In this document: positions 1 through 8,491 of the stretch, piece by piece
Layout of the letters: each line of letters begins with the position of its first letter
How positions within the stretch are numbered: position 1 is the first letter of the stretch
From: Acidothermus cellulolyticus 11B
GTDB lineage: Bacteria > Actinomycetota > Actinomycetes > Acidothermales > Acidothermaceae
Reading direction: 5' to 3'
Length of the DNA stretch: 32,000 bases
Assembly: GCF_000015025.1 (NCBI RefSeq)
Contig: NC_008578.1
Coordinates: 2,160,001 to 2,192,000 of the forward strand
Made by a program: the position numbers and the translations under genes
The notes under the pieces: generated by a model
The model's database searches: none
What the model was told of the DNA's origin: nothing
What the model saw: only the letters and a program-made list of their open reading frames with translations

Positions 1-831
1 GATTCGCGGGACGACACCCTGGCGCGCGCCGCCGACGCAGCACAGGCGGCCCGGGTGACGCTCGAGGTGGTCCGGCTCGGTGGCAACCGTGGGTATGCGG
101 CGGGCGTCAACGCAGGGACGGCGGCCGCCGGGGACGTTGACGCCGTACTGGTCGCCAATCCCGACGTCCGGTTCACCGACGGCGCGCTCCCGCGGATGCT
201 CGCCCGGCTCCACGCCACGCCTCGGGTCGGCATCGTCGTCCCACGGATCCGATCGGCCGACGGCCGGTTGTCCTTCTCCCTGCGCCGCTCCCCAAGCCTG
301 CTGCGAGCCGCGGCGGAGGCGCTGGTCGGAAATGAGCGCGCTGCGCGGCTGGGAATCGGCGAAATCATCGCTGATGAACGCGCCTACCAGCAGGCGACCG
401 TCGCCGCATGGGCCACCGGATGCGCCATGCTCATCTCCCGGGAATGCCTCAACGCGGTCGGGCCGTGGGACGAGTCCTTCTTCTTGTATTCGGAGGAGAC
501 GGATTTCGCCTTGCGGGCGCACGACAGGGGCTTCCTTCTCCAGCTCGAACCACGCGCGGAAATCGTCCACCTGGGCGGGGAATCCCGCATCTCGCCGCAG
601 CTATGGTCACTCCTTGCCGTCAACCGCGTCCGGCTCTACCGAAAACGGCACGGCGCAGCGGCGACGGCGCTCTTCCGCGGTGTCGTGATCGCGCGGGAAC
701 TCTCCCGAGCGGCCCTGGGCTCGGCGCCGAGCCGGGCCGCATTGCGCGTGCTGCTGACGAACGCTGACCCAGTGCCGGGCTTTCTCGACGGCGAGACCCC
801 CGGCGGTTCCCGCCGCGGAGCACCGGGCTGA
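1..831 (+). CDS. Glycosyltransferase family 2 (rhamnosyltransferase-like), 5'-truncated by the window edge
   Basis: Frame 1 is open from nt 1: DSRDDTLARAADAAQAARV precedes the ORF-track start at 55. GT2 hallmarks are GGNRGYAAGVNAG, ANPDVRF and GCAMLISRECL..GPWDESFFLYSEETDFALRA. Stop TGA at 829-831. Confidence 0.8.
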   Translation, partial: DSRDDTLARAADAAQAARVTLEVVRLGGNRGYAAGVNAGTAAAGDVDAVLVANPDVRFTDGALPRMLARLHATPRVGIVVPRIRSADGRLSFSLRRSPSLLRAAAEALVGNERAARLGIGEIIADERAYQQATVAAWATGCAMLISRECLNAVGPWDESFFLYSEETDFALRAHDRGFLLQLEPRAEIVHLGGESRISPQLWSLLAVNRVRLYRKRHGAAATALFRGVVIARELSRAALGSAPSRAALRVLLTNADPVPGFLDGETPGGSRRGAPG

Positions 832-856
832 TCCGTCGCAGGCCGCGGCGATGCCG

Positions 857-3800
857 CTATCGGGCCGCGGAAATCGGCGCATCGAGCACTGTCTGGACCA
901 GGTCGCGCACCCAGAGCACGAGCGGTGCGTCACGGAGCAGGTCACCGCGTCCGTCCTGCGCCCGCGGGCGGGGAACGAGAATCGCCTGGACGGCGTCCTT
1001 GACGATCGATTTCGGATACAGCCGCTGCAGCCGCACCTTCTGCGAATCCCGCAATTGCACCGGCGCCAGACGAATATACGTGCCCTGCAACGCAACTTCG
1101 GTGACCCCATGCGCCCGCAATGTCCCGCGGAGCTTGGCCACCTCGAGCAGGTTCCGCACCGGCTCCGGCAACGGACCGTACCGGTCGAGGAGCTCCTCCG
1201 CGATCGCGTCGACGTCGGGATCGGACGTCGCTTCCGCCAGCGCCTGATACGTCGCGAGCCGGAGTCGCTCGGCGTCGATGTAATCGTGCGGAATGTGCGC
1301 CTCCACCGGCAGATCGAGCCGGACGTCGACGGGTTCGCGGCTCTGGTCGCCGCGGAAATCGGCCACTGCTTCACCAACCAATCGCATGTACAAATCGAAG
1401 CCGACCTCGGCGATATGGCCGGATTGTTCGCCGCCGAGGAGGTTGCCGGCGCCGCGGATTTCCAGGTCCTTCATCGCAATGGACATTCCAGAACCCAAAT
1501 CGGAATGCTGGGCGATGGTGGCAAGTCGGTCGTGGGCCGTCTCGGTGAGCGGACGGTCGGCGGGATAGCAGAAATACGCGTAACCGCGCTCCCGGCCGCG
1601 CCCGACCCGGCCGCGCAGTTGATAGAGCTGGCCCAGACCAAGGAGGTCAGCCCGTTCGACGATGAGCGTATTCGCATTCGGAATGTCCAGGCCGGACTCG
1701 ATGATGGTGGTGCAGACCAGAACGTCGAACGCCCGCTCCCAGAATCCGATCATCACCTGCTCGAGCGCATCTTCGTTCATCTGGCCGTGGGCGACGGCGA
1801 CGCGGGCTTCCGGGACCAGTTCCCGGACCCGGGCCGCGGCCTGTTCGATGGTTTCCACCCGATTGTGCACGTAGAACACCTGGCCCTCGCGGAGCAATTC
1901 CCGCCGAATCGCTGCAGCGATCTGGTGTTCGTCGAAGGGTCCGACGAATGTCAGGACGGGATGCCGCTCTTCGGGCGGTGTTTGAATGACCGACATTTCG
2001 CGGATTCCGGTGATGGCCATCTCCAGGGTCCGCGGAATGGGGGTCGCGGACATCGTCAGCACGTCGACGTTCGTGCGCAGCCGCTTCAACCGCTCCTTGT
2101 GCTCGACGCCGAAGCGCTGCTCTTCGTCAACGATGACCAGGCCGAGATCCTTGAAGACGACGCCGTCGCTCAACAGACGGTGCGTACCGATGACGACGTC
2201 CACCGTGCCTGCGGCCAAGCCGGCGAGAATCTCCTCCTGCTCCTTGAAGGTGTTGAAACGGCTCACCGGCTTGACGACAACCGGAAAATTCGCGAACCGT
2301 TCACTGAACGTCGCGTAATGCTGCTGCACGAGGAGGGTGGTCGGGCAGAGCACGGCGACCTGCTTGCCGTCCTGAACCGCCTTGAACGCCGCGCGCACCG
2401 CGATTTCGGTCTTGCCGTATCCGACGTCGCCGCAGATCAGCCGATCCATCGGGACCGGCCGCTCCATGTCGGCCTTGACCTCCTCGATGGTGCGCAGCTG
2501 ATCCGGCGTTTCCACGTACGGAAAAGCCTCTTCGAGTTCCCGCTGCCAGGGCGTGTCCGGTCCGAACGCATGGCCGGGCGACGCCATCCGCGCGCTGTAC
2601 AGCTGAATCAATTCGGCTGCGATTTCGCGGACGGCTTTGCGCGCCCGGCCTTTGCGCCGCGCCCAGTCCGCGCCGCCGATGCGGTCCAGCGTCGGTGCCT
2701 CTCCGCCGACGTACCGAGTGACCTGGTCGAGGGAGTCAGTCGGAACCCAGAGCCGGTCCCCCGGTTGACCGCGCCGGGACGGGGCGTACTCGATGACGAG
2801 GTACTCCCGGGTCGCACCGCCGATTTCCCGGGTCGCCATGCCGACGAACCTGCCGACACCATGCTGCTCGTGGACGACGAAATCGCCCGGCCGAAGTTCC
2901 AGCGGGTCGATGGATTTCCGTCGCCGGCTTGGCAGCCTGCCGAGGTTGCGGGCCGCGGCACGGGTGCCGAAAATCTCCGTCTCGGTGAGGACGACGAGCC
3001 CCGCACCGCGCGCGATGAACCCGGCGTCCAGCCCTCCGCAGCTCACCGAAACGAGGTCGTGGTCGGGCGGCTGCGGGATGGTCTCCGTCCATCGGGCCGG
3101 AACGTCCTCACCGGCCAGCACTTCGACGATCCGCTGGGCGGAACCGTGCCCGGCGGTGAGGACGGCGACCCTCAGCCCGTCACCCAGCCAGCCCTTGACA
3201 TCGGCGACGAGTGCCTGCGTGTCCCCGCGGTAGGCCGGCGCTTCGTGCGCGTCCGGGACGATGACGACCTCACCGGTGTCGTCCCGAAATTCCGCGGCGT
3301 CCGCGGTCTGCAGCGGCGAGATGGACCACCAGGCCAGGCCGAGATCTGCGGCGTGGCGGCGAATATCGGCGAACGGCCGTAACGCCGCCGCGGCAAGGTC
3401 GATCGGTGCGTTCCCACCCGCCGCGGCGCCGGCCCAGGCGGCGTGCAGAAACTCCTCGCCGGTCCGGACGACGTCCGCGGCCCGGGCGCGCACCCGCTCG
3501 GGATCGCAGACCACGACCACCGTCTGGGACGGGACTTCGTCAAGCAGGAGGTTCATCTCGTCCGCGAGCAGCGGGGCGAGTGCTTCCATCCCTTCGACGA
3601 CGACACCGTGCGCGACCTTGCCGAGAATGTCAGCGAGCTGCGGATACCGCTGCGCCAACTCGGCCGCGCGGGTGACGACACGGTCGGTCAGGAGCAATTC
3701 CCGGCATGCCGTCGCCCACACCCGATCCGCCGACTCACCGAAACTCCGCTGGTCGCCGGCGCGGAAAGGGCGAATTTCTTCAATACGGTCACCGAAGAAT

Positions 3801-4435
3801 TCCACCCGGAGCGGATGCTCGGCGGTGGGCGGAAAAATGTCGAGGATGCCGCCGCGGACGGCGATCTCCCCTCGTCGTTCGACGAGATCGACGCGGTGGT
3901 AGCCGATCGCCACCAGCCGGGCCACGACATCATTGAGATCGGCCTCATCACCGGGCCGCAGCTCGACCGGCTCGAGATCTCCCAATCCGGCGACCTGCGG
4001 CTGGAGCAGCGCGCGCACCGGCGTAGTAATGACCCGAAGCGTGCCCCCCTGCTCCCGAAGGAGGCGCCGGACGGCGACCCGGCGTCCGACGGTGTCCGCA
4101 CGCGGCGACAACCGCTCGTGCGGCAGGGTCTCCCACGCGGGATATTCGGCGACCGCGCCGGCGGGGAGCAGGGGTTCCAGCGCGGTGGCAAGCTCGGTGG
4201 CTTCCCGCTCGGTCGCCGTGACCGCAAGCACGGGACGTCCAGCGCCGTACGGTGCGTCAGCCGCGATCAGCGCCGTGATGAACGCGCGGAGTGGACGCGG
4301 AACGCCGACCTCGACGTTCGCAATGCCCTTGCGGGCTGCGTCGCGGACACGCGCGAAGCCGTCATCGCCCAGCAGGGCCGTGATCAAGCCACGTAGATCC
4401 ATGCCGAATCCGGTCAGACAAACACCCGGGACCAT
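857..4435 (-). CDS. mfd: Transcription-repair coupling factor (Mfd/TRCF)
   Basis: 1192-aa ORF. CarD-like RNAP-interacting module GDFVVHEQHGVGRFVGM. SF2 helicase Walker A CGDVGYGKTEIAVRAAFKAV. DEEQRFGV box. Helicase C region AHGQMNEDALEQVM..VLVCTTIIESGLDIPNANTLI. Motif VI QLRGRVGRG. The true start may be the ATG at 4402 (MDLRGLITALL), because the ATG at 4433-4435 lies in the loop of a 10-bp hairpin. Confidence 0.95.
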   Translation of the reverse strand: MVPGVCLTGFGMDLRGLITALLGDDGFARVRDAARKGIANVEVGVPRPLRAFITALIAADAPYGAGRPVLAVTATEREATELATALEPLLPAGAVAEYPAWETLPHERLSPRADTVGRRVAVRRLLREQGGTLRVITTPVRALLQPQVAGLGDLEPVELRPGDEADLNDVVARLVAIGYHRVDLVERRGEIAVRGGILDIFPPTAEHPLRVEFFGDRIEEIRPFRAGDQRSFGESADRVWATACRELLLTDRVVTRAAELAQRYPQLADILGKVAHGVVVEGMEALAPLLADEMNLLLDEVPSQTVVVVCDPERVRARAADVVRTGEEFLHAAWAGAAAGGNAPIDLAAAALRPFADIRRHAADLGLAWWSISPLQTADAAEFRDDTGEVVIVPDAHEAPAYRGDTQALVADVKGWLGDGLRVAVLTAGHGSAQRIVEVLAGEDVPARWTETIPQPPDHDLVSVSCGGLDAGFIARGAGLVVLTETEIFGTRAAARNLGRLPSRRRKSIDPLELRPGDFVVHEQHGVGRFVGMATREIGGATREYLVIEYAPSRRGQPGDRLWVPTDSLDQVTRYVGGEAPTLDRIGGADWARRKGRARKAVREIAAELIQLYSARMASPGHAFGPDTPWQRELEEAFPYVETPDQLRTIEEVKADMERPVPMDRLICGDVGYGKTEIAVRAAFKAVQDGKQVAVLCPTTLLVQQHYATFSERFANFPVVVKPVSRFNTFKEQEEILAGLAAGTVDVVIGTHRLLSDGVVFKDLGLVIVDEEQRFGVEHKERLKRLRTNVDVLTMSATPIPRTLEMAITGIREMSVIQTPPEERHPVLTFVGPFDEHQIAAAIRRELLREGQVFYVHNRVETIEQAAARVRELVPEARVAVAHGQMNEDALEQVMIGFWERAFDVLVCTTIIESGLDIPNANTLIVERADLLGLGQLYQLRGRVGRGRERGYAYFCYPADRPLTETAHDRLATIAQHSDLGSGMSIAMKDLEIRGAGNLLGGEQSGHIAEVGFDLYMRLVGEAVADFRGDQSREPVDVRLDLPVEAHIPHDYIDAERLRLATYQALAEATSDPDVDAIAEELLDRYGPLPEPVRNLLEVAKLRGTLRAHGVTEVALQGTYIRLAPVQLRDSQKVRLQRLYPKSIVKDAVQAILVPRPRAQDGRGDLLRDAPLVLWVRDLVQTVLDAPISAAR

Positions 4436-4450
4436 GGCGGTCCCGGGTGT
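4422..4450 (-). terminator. GC-rich hairpin between the LPXTG-protein gene and mfd; possible intrinsic terminator or attenuator
   Basis: Perfect 10-bp inverted repeat ACACCCGGGA (4422-4431) / TCCCGGGTGT (4441-4450) with a 9-nt loop. On the minus-strand RNA the stem is followed by UUUGU. It lies about 80 nt downstream of the stop of the 4530-5066 gene. Confidence 0.35.
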
Positions 4451-4529
4451 CCAAGCCTACGCGCCGCCGCGCTGATCTGCGGAACGCGGGCCGACCGGAC
4501 TTGCTGCCGAGCGGCTCTCCTCGTTCGGC

Positions 4530-5066
4530 TCAGTCGGTCGAATCTGCCGAGGTGTCCGGCGATTCAACGTCCGTAACGGCTCCTTCGGCGGGAACAGCCT
4601 GCTGACGTTGCCGGCTCGCCGCAACAGCGGCTGCACCGGCGGCGACGAGAGCGGCGCCGACGGTCACCGCGGCTGTGATGGGAAGCGCGCTGCCGGTGAA
4701 CGGCAGCTGCGAGGACTCCCCCGCCACGCTGGGCGATGGGGTCTTCGAGAAGCTCTCGCCCAGCACCGAAGGGCTCACCGAGCCAGACGGTGAGGGGGAC
4801 GGCGACGGCGATCCGGACGGCGACGGCGACGACGGCGGAGAGGTCGTCACGGTCACTGGCGGTGTGGTACCGGTCTGCGGTGGCGGCGGCGGCGGTGCGG
4901 CACCGCTGGCCGCTTCGGCCGCATGCGCATTCATAGCGATGACCTGAACGGCGGGCGCTATCCATAACAAGCCGCCGGCGACCGCTCCGCGCTTCAGCGC
5001 GTCCCGCCGGGTCAATCCGGCCGCTGGCTGTGTACCGTCCACCTGTCCTGCCACTCCCTCTCGCAA
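4530..5066 (-). CDS. Small secreted Pro/Ser-rich surface protein with a Tat-type signal and an LPXTG-type sortase anchor
   Basis: The N-terminus LTRRDALKRGAVAGGLLWIAPAVQVIAMNAHA has a twin-arginine motif, an h-region and an AxA site. The core is low-complexity (PPPPPPQTGTTPPVTVTTSPPSSPSPSGSPSPSPSPSGSVSPS). The C-terminus has LPFTG, a ~26-aa hydrophobic stretch and RQRQQ, followed by an unusual extra 22-aa acidic tail. The exact start is uncertain. Confidence 0.65.
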   Translation of the reverse strand: MREGVAGQVDGTQPAAGLTRRDALKRGAVAGGLLWIAPAVQVIAMNAHAAEAASGAAPPPPPPQTGTTPPVTVTTSPPSSPSPSGSPSPSPSPSGSVSPSVLGESFSKTPSPSVAGESSQLPFTGSALPITAAVTVGAALVAAGAAAVAASRQRQQAVPAEGAVTDVESPDTSADSTD

Positions 5067-5279
5067 TGCTCACGGACCCCGCCACCGAAACGATCGCGAG
5101 TCGATGCGCCTACTGTAGCGCGTCCTGCCGATCGCAGATACACGCTCGAGGAAAGATAACCCAAGCGGAGCATTTCTCCAACCAACTCCACACCAATAAA
5201 GCGGACATTTCTCGCAAATCGTTGCGAGGGCCAGGGCGTCTTTCGGTAACGTGAGCTCGTCGCGTGGGAGGAGCCGCCA
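5067..5279. promoter_or_regulatory. Divergent intergenic/promoter region between the LPXTG-protein gene and the PqqD-like operon
   Basis: 213-bp gap between divergently oriented genes, locally AT-richer around 5130-5230. Shine-Dalgarno GGGAGGAG at 5266-5273 lies 6 nt before the ATG at 5280. No -10/-35 boxes were assigned. Confidence 0.4.
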
Positions 5280-5582
5280 ATGCCAGCTGTGCCACGGCGC
5301 GCTGACGGCGTCATCTGGGACGACCTCGACGGGCATATCGTCGTCTTCAACCCTGCGACGAAACACGCCGTCGCCCTCAACGAGACAGCGGCCGCCATCT
5401 GGCTGCTCATCGACGGAATTCGCGACGAGGCGGCCATTGCAGCCGAGCTGTGTGCGCGCTACGACGTTGACGCGTTGGAAGCACACAATGCCGTCGCGAT
5501 GACGATTGCGCAATTCGTCGGCGAAAAGCTGCTCGATGATACTGGGACACCGGACGAGCGCAGCGGGTCCACCGGGGCGTGA
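5280..5582 (+). CDS. PqqD-family protein (RiPP recognition element-like peptide chaperone)
   Basis: 100 aa. VIWDDLDGHIVVFNPATKHAVALNETAAAIWLLIDGIRDEAAIAAELCARYDVDALEAHNAVAMTIAQFVGEKLLDD follows the canonical PqqD/RRE pattern: beta-strands, then LN.ta..iW.l.dG, then three helices ending ..fl..l...gll. Strong SD upstream. Confidence 0.75.
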   Translation: MPAVPRRADGVIWDDLDGHIVVFNPATKHAVALNETAAAIWLLIDGIRDEAAIAAELCARYDVDALEAHNAVAMTIAQFVGEKLLDDTGTPDERSGSTGA

Positions 5583-5588
5583 CACCTG

Positions 5589-6740
5589 ATGGCTGACTCC
5601 CCCGTCCTTATCGCGGCCGCGACCCGAAATCCTTTGCACCCAGGCACGTTCAGCGGCCTGTCTGCACGGCTGTTCGGCGCGCTCGCGGACGAAGGCTTCG
5701 ACATCGTGCCGGTCACGACCCGCGTTCTTCGGCCGCACGACCTGCTGACCGGGGCCGTCAATATCCGTGGATTTCTGAAAGGCCGGTTCCACGGTCGGGA
5801 TGCGCCTCGGGTGAATCCAGCCTGGATGTGGTCGCGGCGCGGTTATCAGCGGTTCTGCCGCCGCTTCGACGCCGTGCTCGCCGGTATGGCCAGCGCACCT
5901 GTCGTACAGGTCGGCACGCACGTCCGGCCGGCCGACCGTCGGTTCCCTCACTTCTGCATTACCGACGCGACGGTCGTCCAGGCATTGCAGGCGGGTGAAT
6001 TCAGCGTGAGCGCAGCAGGTTCACGCATCGCCGATGAGGCCGTCGCGTGGCAGCGCGAAATCTTTGAGTCCTGTGAGCGGATTTTCACGCTCTCCCACTG
6101 GGCGGCGCAGAGCGTCGTCGCGGATTACGGAATCCCGGCCGATCGCGTGGTCGTGTCGGGTGCCGGCGCGAACGTCGACGAGCCACTGCCCCGGCAGGTC
6201 GATACCGAGCATCCCTACGTGCTCTTCGTCGGCGCAGACTGGGCGCAGAAGGGCGGTCCGCTCCTGCTTGAGGCGTTCCGGCGGGTGCGGTCGCAGTTTC
6301 CCGCCGCCCGGCTCGTCATCGTCGGTTGCCGGCCCCGCATCGCCGAACCGGGTGTTGAGGTCGTCGGGCCGCTCCGCCGATCGGTACCGGCGGAGAAACA
6401 ACGGCTGTTTGAGCTTTACGCGCGGGCAAGCTGCTTTTCCATCCTCTCCCGGTTCGAAGCCTTCGGCATTGTTTTCTTGGAAGCGGGTTTCTTCGGCGTG
6501 CCGGTAGTCACGCTGGACGGCGGGGCCCGACCGGAAATCATCGTCGACAACACGACAGGTTTTCTCGTACCACAGCGGAATCCGGACGACATCGCCGACG
6601 GTATTCTCGCGATCCTCACCGACCCCGACCGCGCCGAACGGATGGGGCACGCCGCCCGCCAACGCGTAGGCGACCACTTCACCTGGCCGGTCGTCGCTGC
6701 GAAAATTGCGCCGTACCTGCGAGCCGGGAGGAACGGGTGA
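5589..6740 (+). CDS. Glycosyltransferase family 4 (GT-B, Glycos_transf_1 type)
   Basis: 383 aa. YVLFVGADWAQKGGPLLLEAFRRV, followed by the EX7E-type region RFEAFGIVFLEAGFFGVPVVTLDGGARPEIIVDNTTGFLV. Starts 6 nt after the PqqD-like stop. Confidence 0.85.
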   Translation: MADSPVLIAAATRNPLHPGTFSGLSARLFGALADEGFDIVPVTTRVLRPHDLLTGAVNIRGFLKGRFHGRDAPRVNPAWMWSRRGYQRFCRRFDAVLAGMASAPVVQVGTHVRPADRRFPHFCITDATVVQALQAGEFSVSAAGSRIADEAVAWQREIFESCERIFTLSHWAAQSVVADYGIPADRVVVSGAGANVDEPLPRQVDTEHPYVLFVGADWAQKGGPLLLEAFRRVRSQFPAARLVIVGCRPRIAEPGVEVVGPLRRSVPAEKQRLFELYARASCFSILSRFEAFGIVFLEAGFFGVPVVTLDGGARPEIIVDNTTGFLVPQRNPDDIADGILAILTDPDRAERMGHAARQRVGDHFTWPVVAAKIAPYLRAGRNG

Positions 6741-7489
6741 CCAACGGCCTCGCGCGTGCGTGGCGGCTGCGGACCATGCTTCCGCCCGAGTGGCGAAGCC
6801 GAGCGCGGCACGTCGTCGATGCGTGCGGCAGGCCGATTGGCTCACTCCACGCGGCCTCGGTGACGGGGCTGGTGGGTCTCACCGTGGACGACGGTCCCGA
6901 CCCACACTGGACGCTGCCGCTGCTTGACGTCTTGGCGGCACACGGCTGCCGGGCGACGTTCTTCGTTCTCGCGTATCGCGCGCTTCGTTACCCCGACATT
7001 CTCCGCGCGACCGTTGCAGCCGGCCACGAAATCGCCCTGCACGGCTGGGACCACACCAGACTCACCGCCCTGCCGCCGAGCGAGGTGTTGGCGCGAAGCC
7101 GGCACGCCAAGGCGGTGGTCGAAGACCTCTCCGGTGCCCCGGTGCGCTGGTTCCGGCCGCCGTTCGGGGCACAGTCGCTCCGCAGCTACCTGGCGGTCCG
7201 CCGGCTCGGCATGGAGGTGGTCGTCTGGTCGGCGACGCCGCGGGATTGGGAGGACGGCGAACCCGACGAGGTCGCCGGCCGGGTCCTCGCCGACGTTCGG
7301 GACGGCGACATCCTCCTCACCCACGACGGCGTCGAAGTCCCCGCTGGCGACTCGGCACCGACCTTCGACCGGGCCGCGATGTTCGGTGCATTGCTCGACG
7401 GCCTCGCCAGCCGCGGATTGCGTGCGACCGCATTGGAGAATCTCGTCCGCTCCGGGCCGGCTCGGTACACCGCGTGGTTTCGGCCGTAA
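6737..7489 (+). CDS. Polysaccharide deacetylase (NodB homology / CE4)
   Basis: 250 aa. NodB motifs are LTVDDGPDP (TFDDG-type), GHEIALHGWDH (H-x4-H metal site), RWFRPPFGA (RPPxG) and ILLTHDG. The GTG start overlaps the upstream stop (GTGA at 6737-6740). Confidence 0.85.
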   Translation: MTNGLARAWRLRTMLPPEWRSRARHVVDACGRPIGSLHAASVTGLVGLTVDDGPDPHWTLPLLDVLAAHGCRATFFVLAYRALRYPDILRATVAAGHEIALHGWDHTRLTALPPSEVLARSRHAKAVVEDLSGAPVRWFRPPFGAQSLRSYLAVRRLGMEVVVWSATPRDWEDGEPDEVAGRVLADVRDGDILLTHDGVEVPAGDSAPTFDRAAMFGALLDGLASRGLRATALENLVRSGPARYTAWFRP

Positions 7490-7530
7490 CAGCCCGGATG
7501 GCTGCCGCAACAGCCCGGATGGCTGCCGCA
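7489..7530. repeat. Perfect tandem direct repeat, 2 x 21 bp (ACAGCCCGGATGGCTGCCGCA)
   Basis: Copies at 7489-7509 and 7510-7530 are identical. The repeat begins on the last base of the deacetylase stop codon and lies 120 nt upstream of the HprK-like start. Confidence 0.95.
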
Positions 7531-7604
7531 ATCGTCACGGTCACCGAGGGGCAAGCGACTCCCCTATCATGTGGGCATTGCGCGGAAGAGGGGCGGTGTG
7601 CGCA

Positions 7605-7630
7605 GGGAATCCCGAGAGGGGGAATCCCGA
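7605..7630. repeat. Short direct repeat GGGAATCCCGA x 2 in the 5' region of the HprK-like gene
   Basis: Copies at 7605-7615 and 7620-7630 (15-bp spacing), 20-45 nt upstream of the GTG at 7650. Each copy is near-palindromic (GGGAATCCC). SD-like AAGGGGA at 7639-7645. Confidence 0.8.
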
Positions 7631-7649
7631 AACCAGCTAAGGGGAAACG

Positions 7650-8462
7650 GTGAGCGTCTCACGCGAGAAGAGCAGCGTGCTCAGCCTCGCCGTTCTGGAC
7701 AGCTGCTTTCGGGTCGCCGCCCCCCAAGCGTTCACTGCGATCGTCGCGGATCTCTGGCACGCATTTCCCCGTGCGACGACGGCACGAGTGGAACACGCGC
7801 TTCGTGTCAAGGAAAGCGCGCCGGGTTACCTGGTCGAGCTGGACGGCACCACCGCATCGGCCGCGGATATCCCTGCCGCCGTGGGCTATCTCGGCCTCCT
7901 GGTCAACCGCATATGCCTGTCTGAGGTGACCGTGCCGGCATTCCACGCCGCGGTCCTTGCCGGATCCGCGGGCGCCGTCGTTGTCTTGGGAACCTCCGGA
8001 GCAGGGAAAACAACCCTCGCCGCGGCTGCCGCCCAGCGGGGGTTGCGTTACCTTTCCGACGAGGCATTCGTGCTGGAGGCGAAGAATCGCGCCCGCCCAT
8101 ATCCGCGTCCTCTCAGCCTTTCCCGCTGGGCGGCTGGACTGCTCGGCATCGCAGCGCCGTCACCGTGGCGCGACAGTGAAGAAATCCTCGTTTCTCCCCG
8201 CTCCCTTGGACCGGTCGCCTCGGAGGCGGCGGAGGTTCGTCATCTCGTCGTGCTCGACCGATCGCAGCGCGAGCCCGCGCTTCGCGCCGCCGAGCGGAGT
8301 CTCGCGGTTACTAGCCTGCTCCGGCTGTCGTTCAATCACTTTCGCGCGCCGGAGGGTACCTATCGTGATGTGATCACGCTGGCGCGGGCGTGCGAATGTT
8401 GGCAATTGTCCTATGACGATCCGCGCGACGGCGCCCGGCTCATCGAAGAACTCGTTACCTGA
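7650..8462 (+). CDS. HPr kinase-like (HprK-related) P-loop serine kinase homolog
   Basis: 270 aa. FHAAVLAGSAGAVVVLGTSGAGKTTLAAAAAQRGLRYLSDEAFVLE matches the HprK C-terminal-domain pattern (HA.av...G.a.ll.G.SG.GKSTLa..L...G...lsDe). GTG start preceded by AAGGGGA. Confidence 0.65.
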   Translation: MSVSREKSSVLSLAVLDSCFRVAAPQAFTAIVADLWHAFPRATTARVEHALRVKESAPGYLVELDGTTASAADIPAAVGYLGLLVNRICLSEVTVPAFHAAVLAGSAGAVVVLGTSGAGKTTLAAAAAQRGLRYLSDEAFVLEAKNRARPYPRPLSLSRWAAGLLGIAAPSPWRDSEEILVSPRSLGPVASEAAEVRHLVVLDRSQREPALRAAERSLAVTSLLRLSFNHFRAPEGTYRDVITLARACECWQLSYDDPRDGARLIEELVT

Positions 8463-8491
8463 GAACCATCGCAACTTTCCTTGCGCCTACA

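Noticed and set aside
832-856. Possible bidirectional terminator between the convergent GT2 and mfd genes
   Set aside because: The gap is only 25 nt. The CCGCGG-containing inverted segments extend into coding sequence and give at most a 6-bp stem, so this is not supportable.
851-3382. 843-aa plus-strand ORF
   Set aside because: It lies entirely antisense to mfd. Its composition is Arg/Gly/Pro/Asp-rich with no recognisable motifs, which is typical of a high-GC shadow ORF.
5070-5951. 293-aa minus-strand ORF spanning the PqqD-like gene and the GT4 start
   Set aside because: It is antisense to two well-supported genes and crosses an intergenic region. It has no motifs and is a shadow ORF.
6021-7640. 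Several 230-275-aa ORFs (6021-6845 minus, 6842-7531 minus, 6924-7640 plus)
   Set aside because: These are alternative-frame or antisense ORFs over the GT4 and CE4 genes. They are Arg/Pro-rich low-complexity translations.
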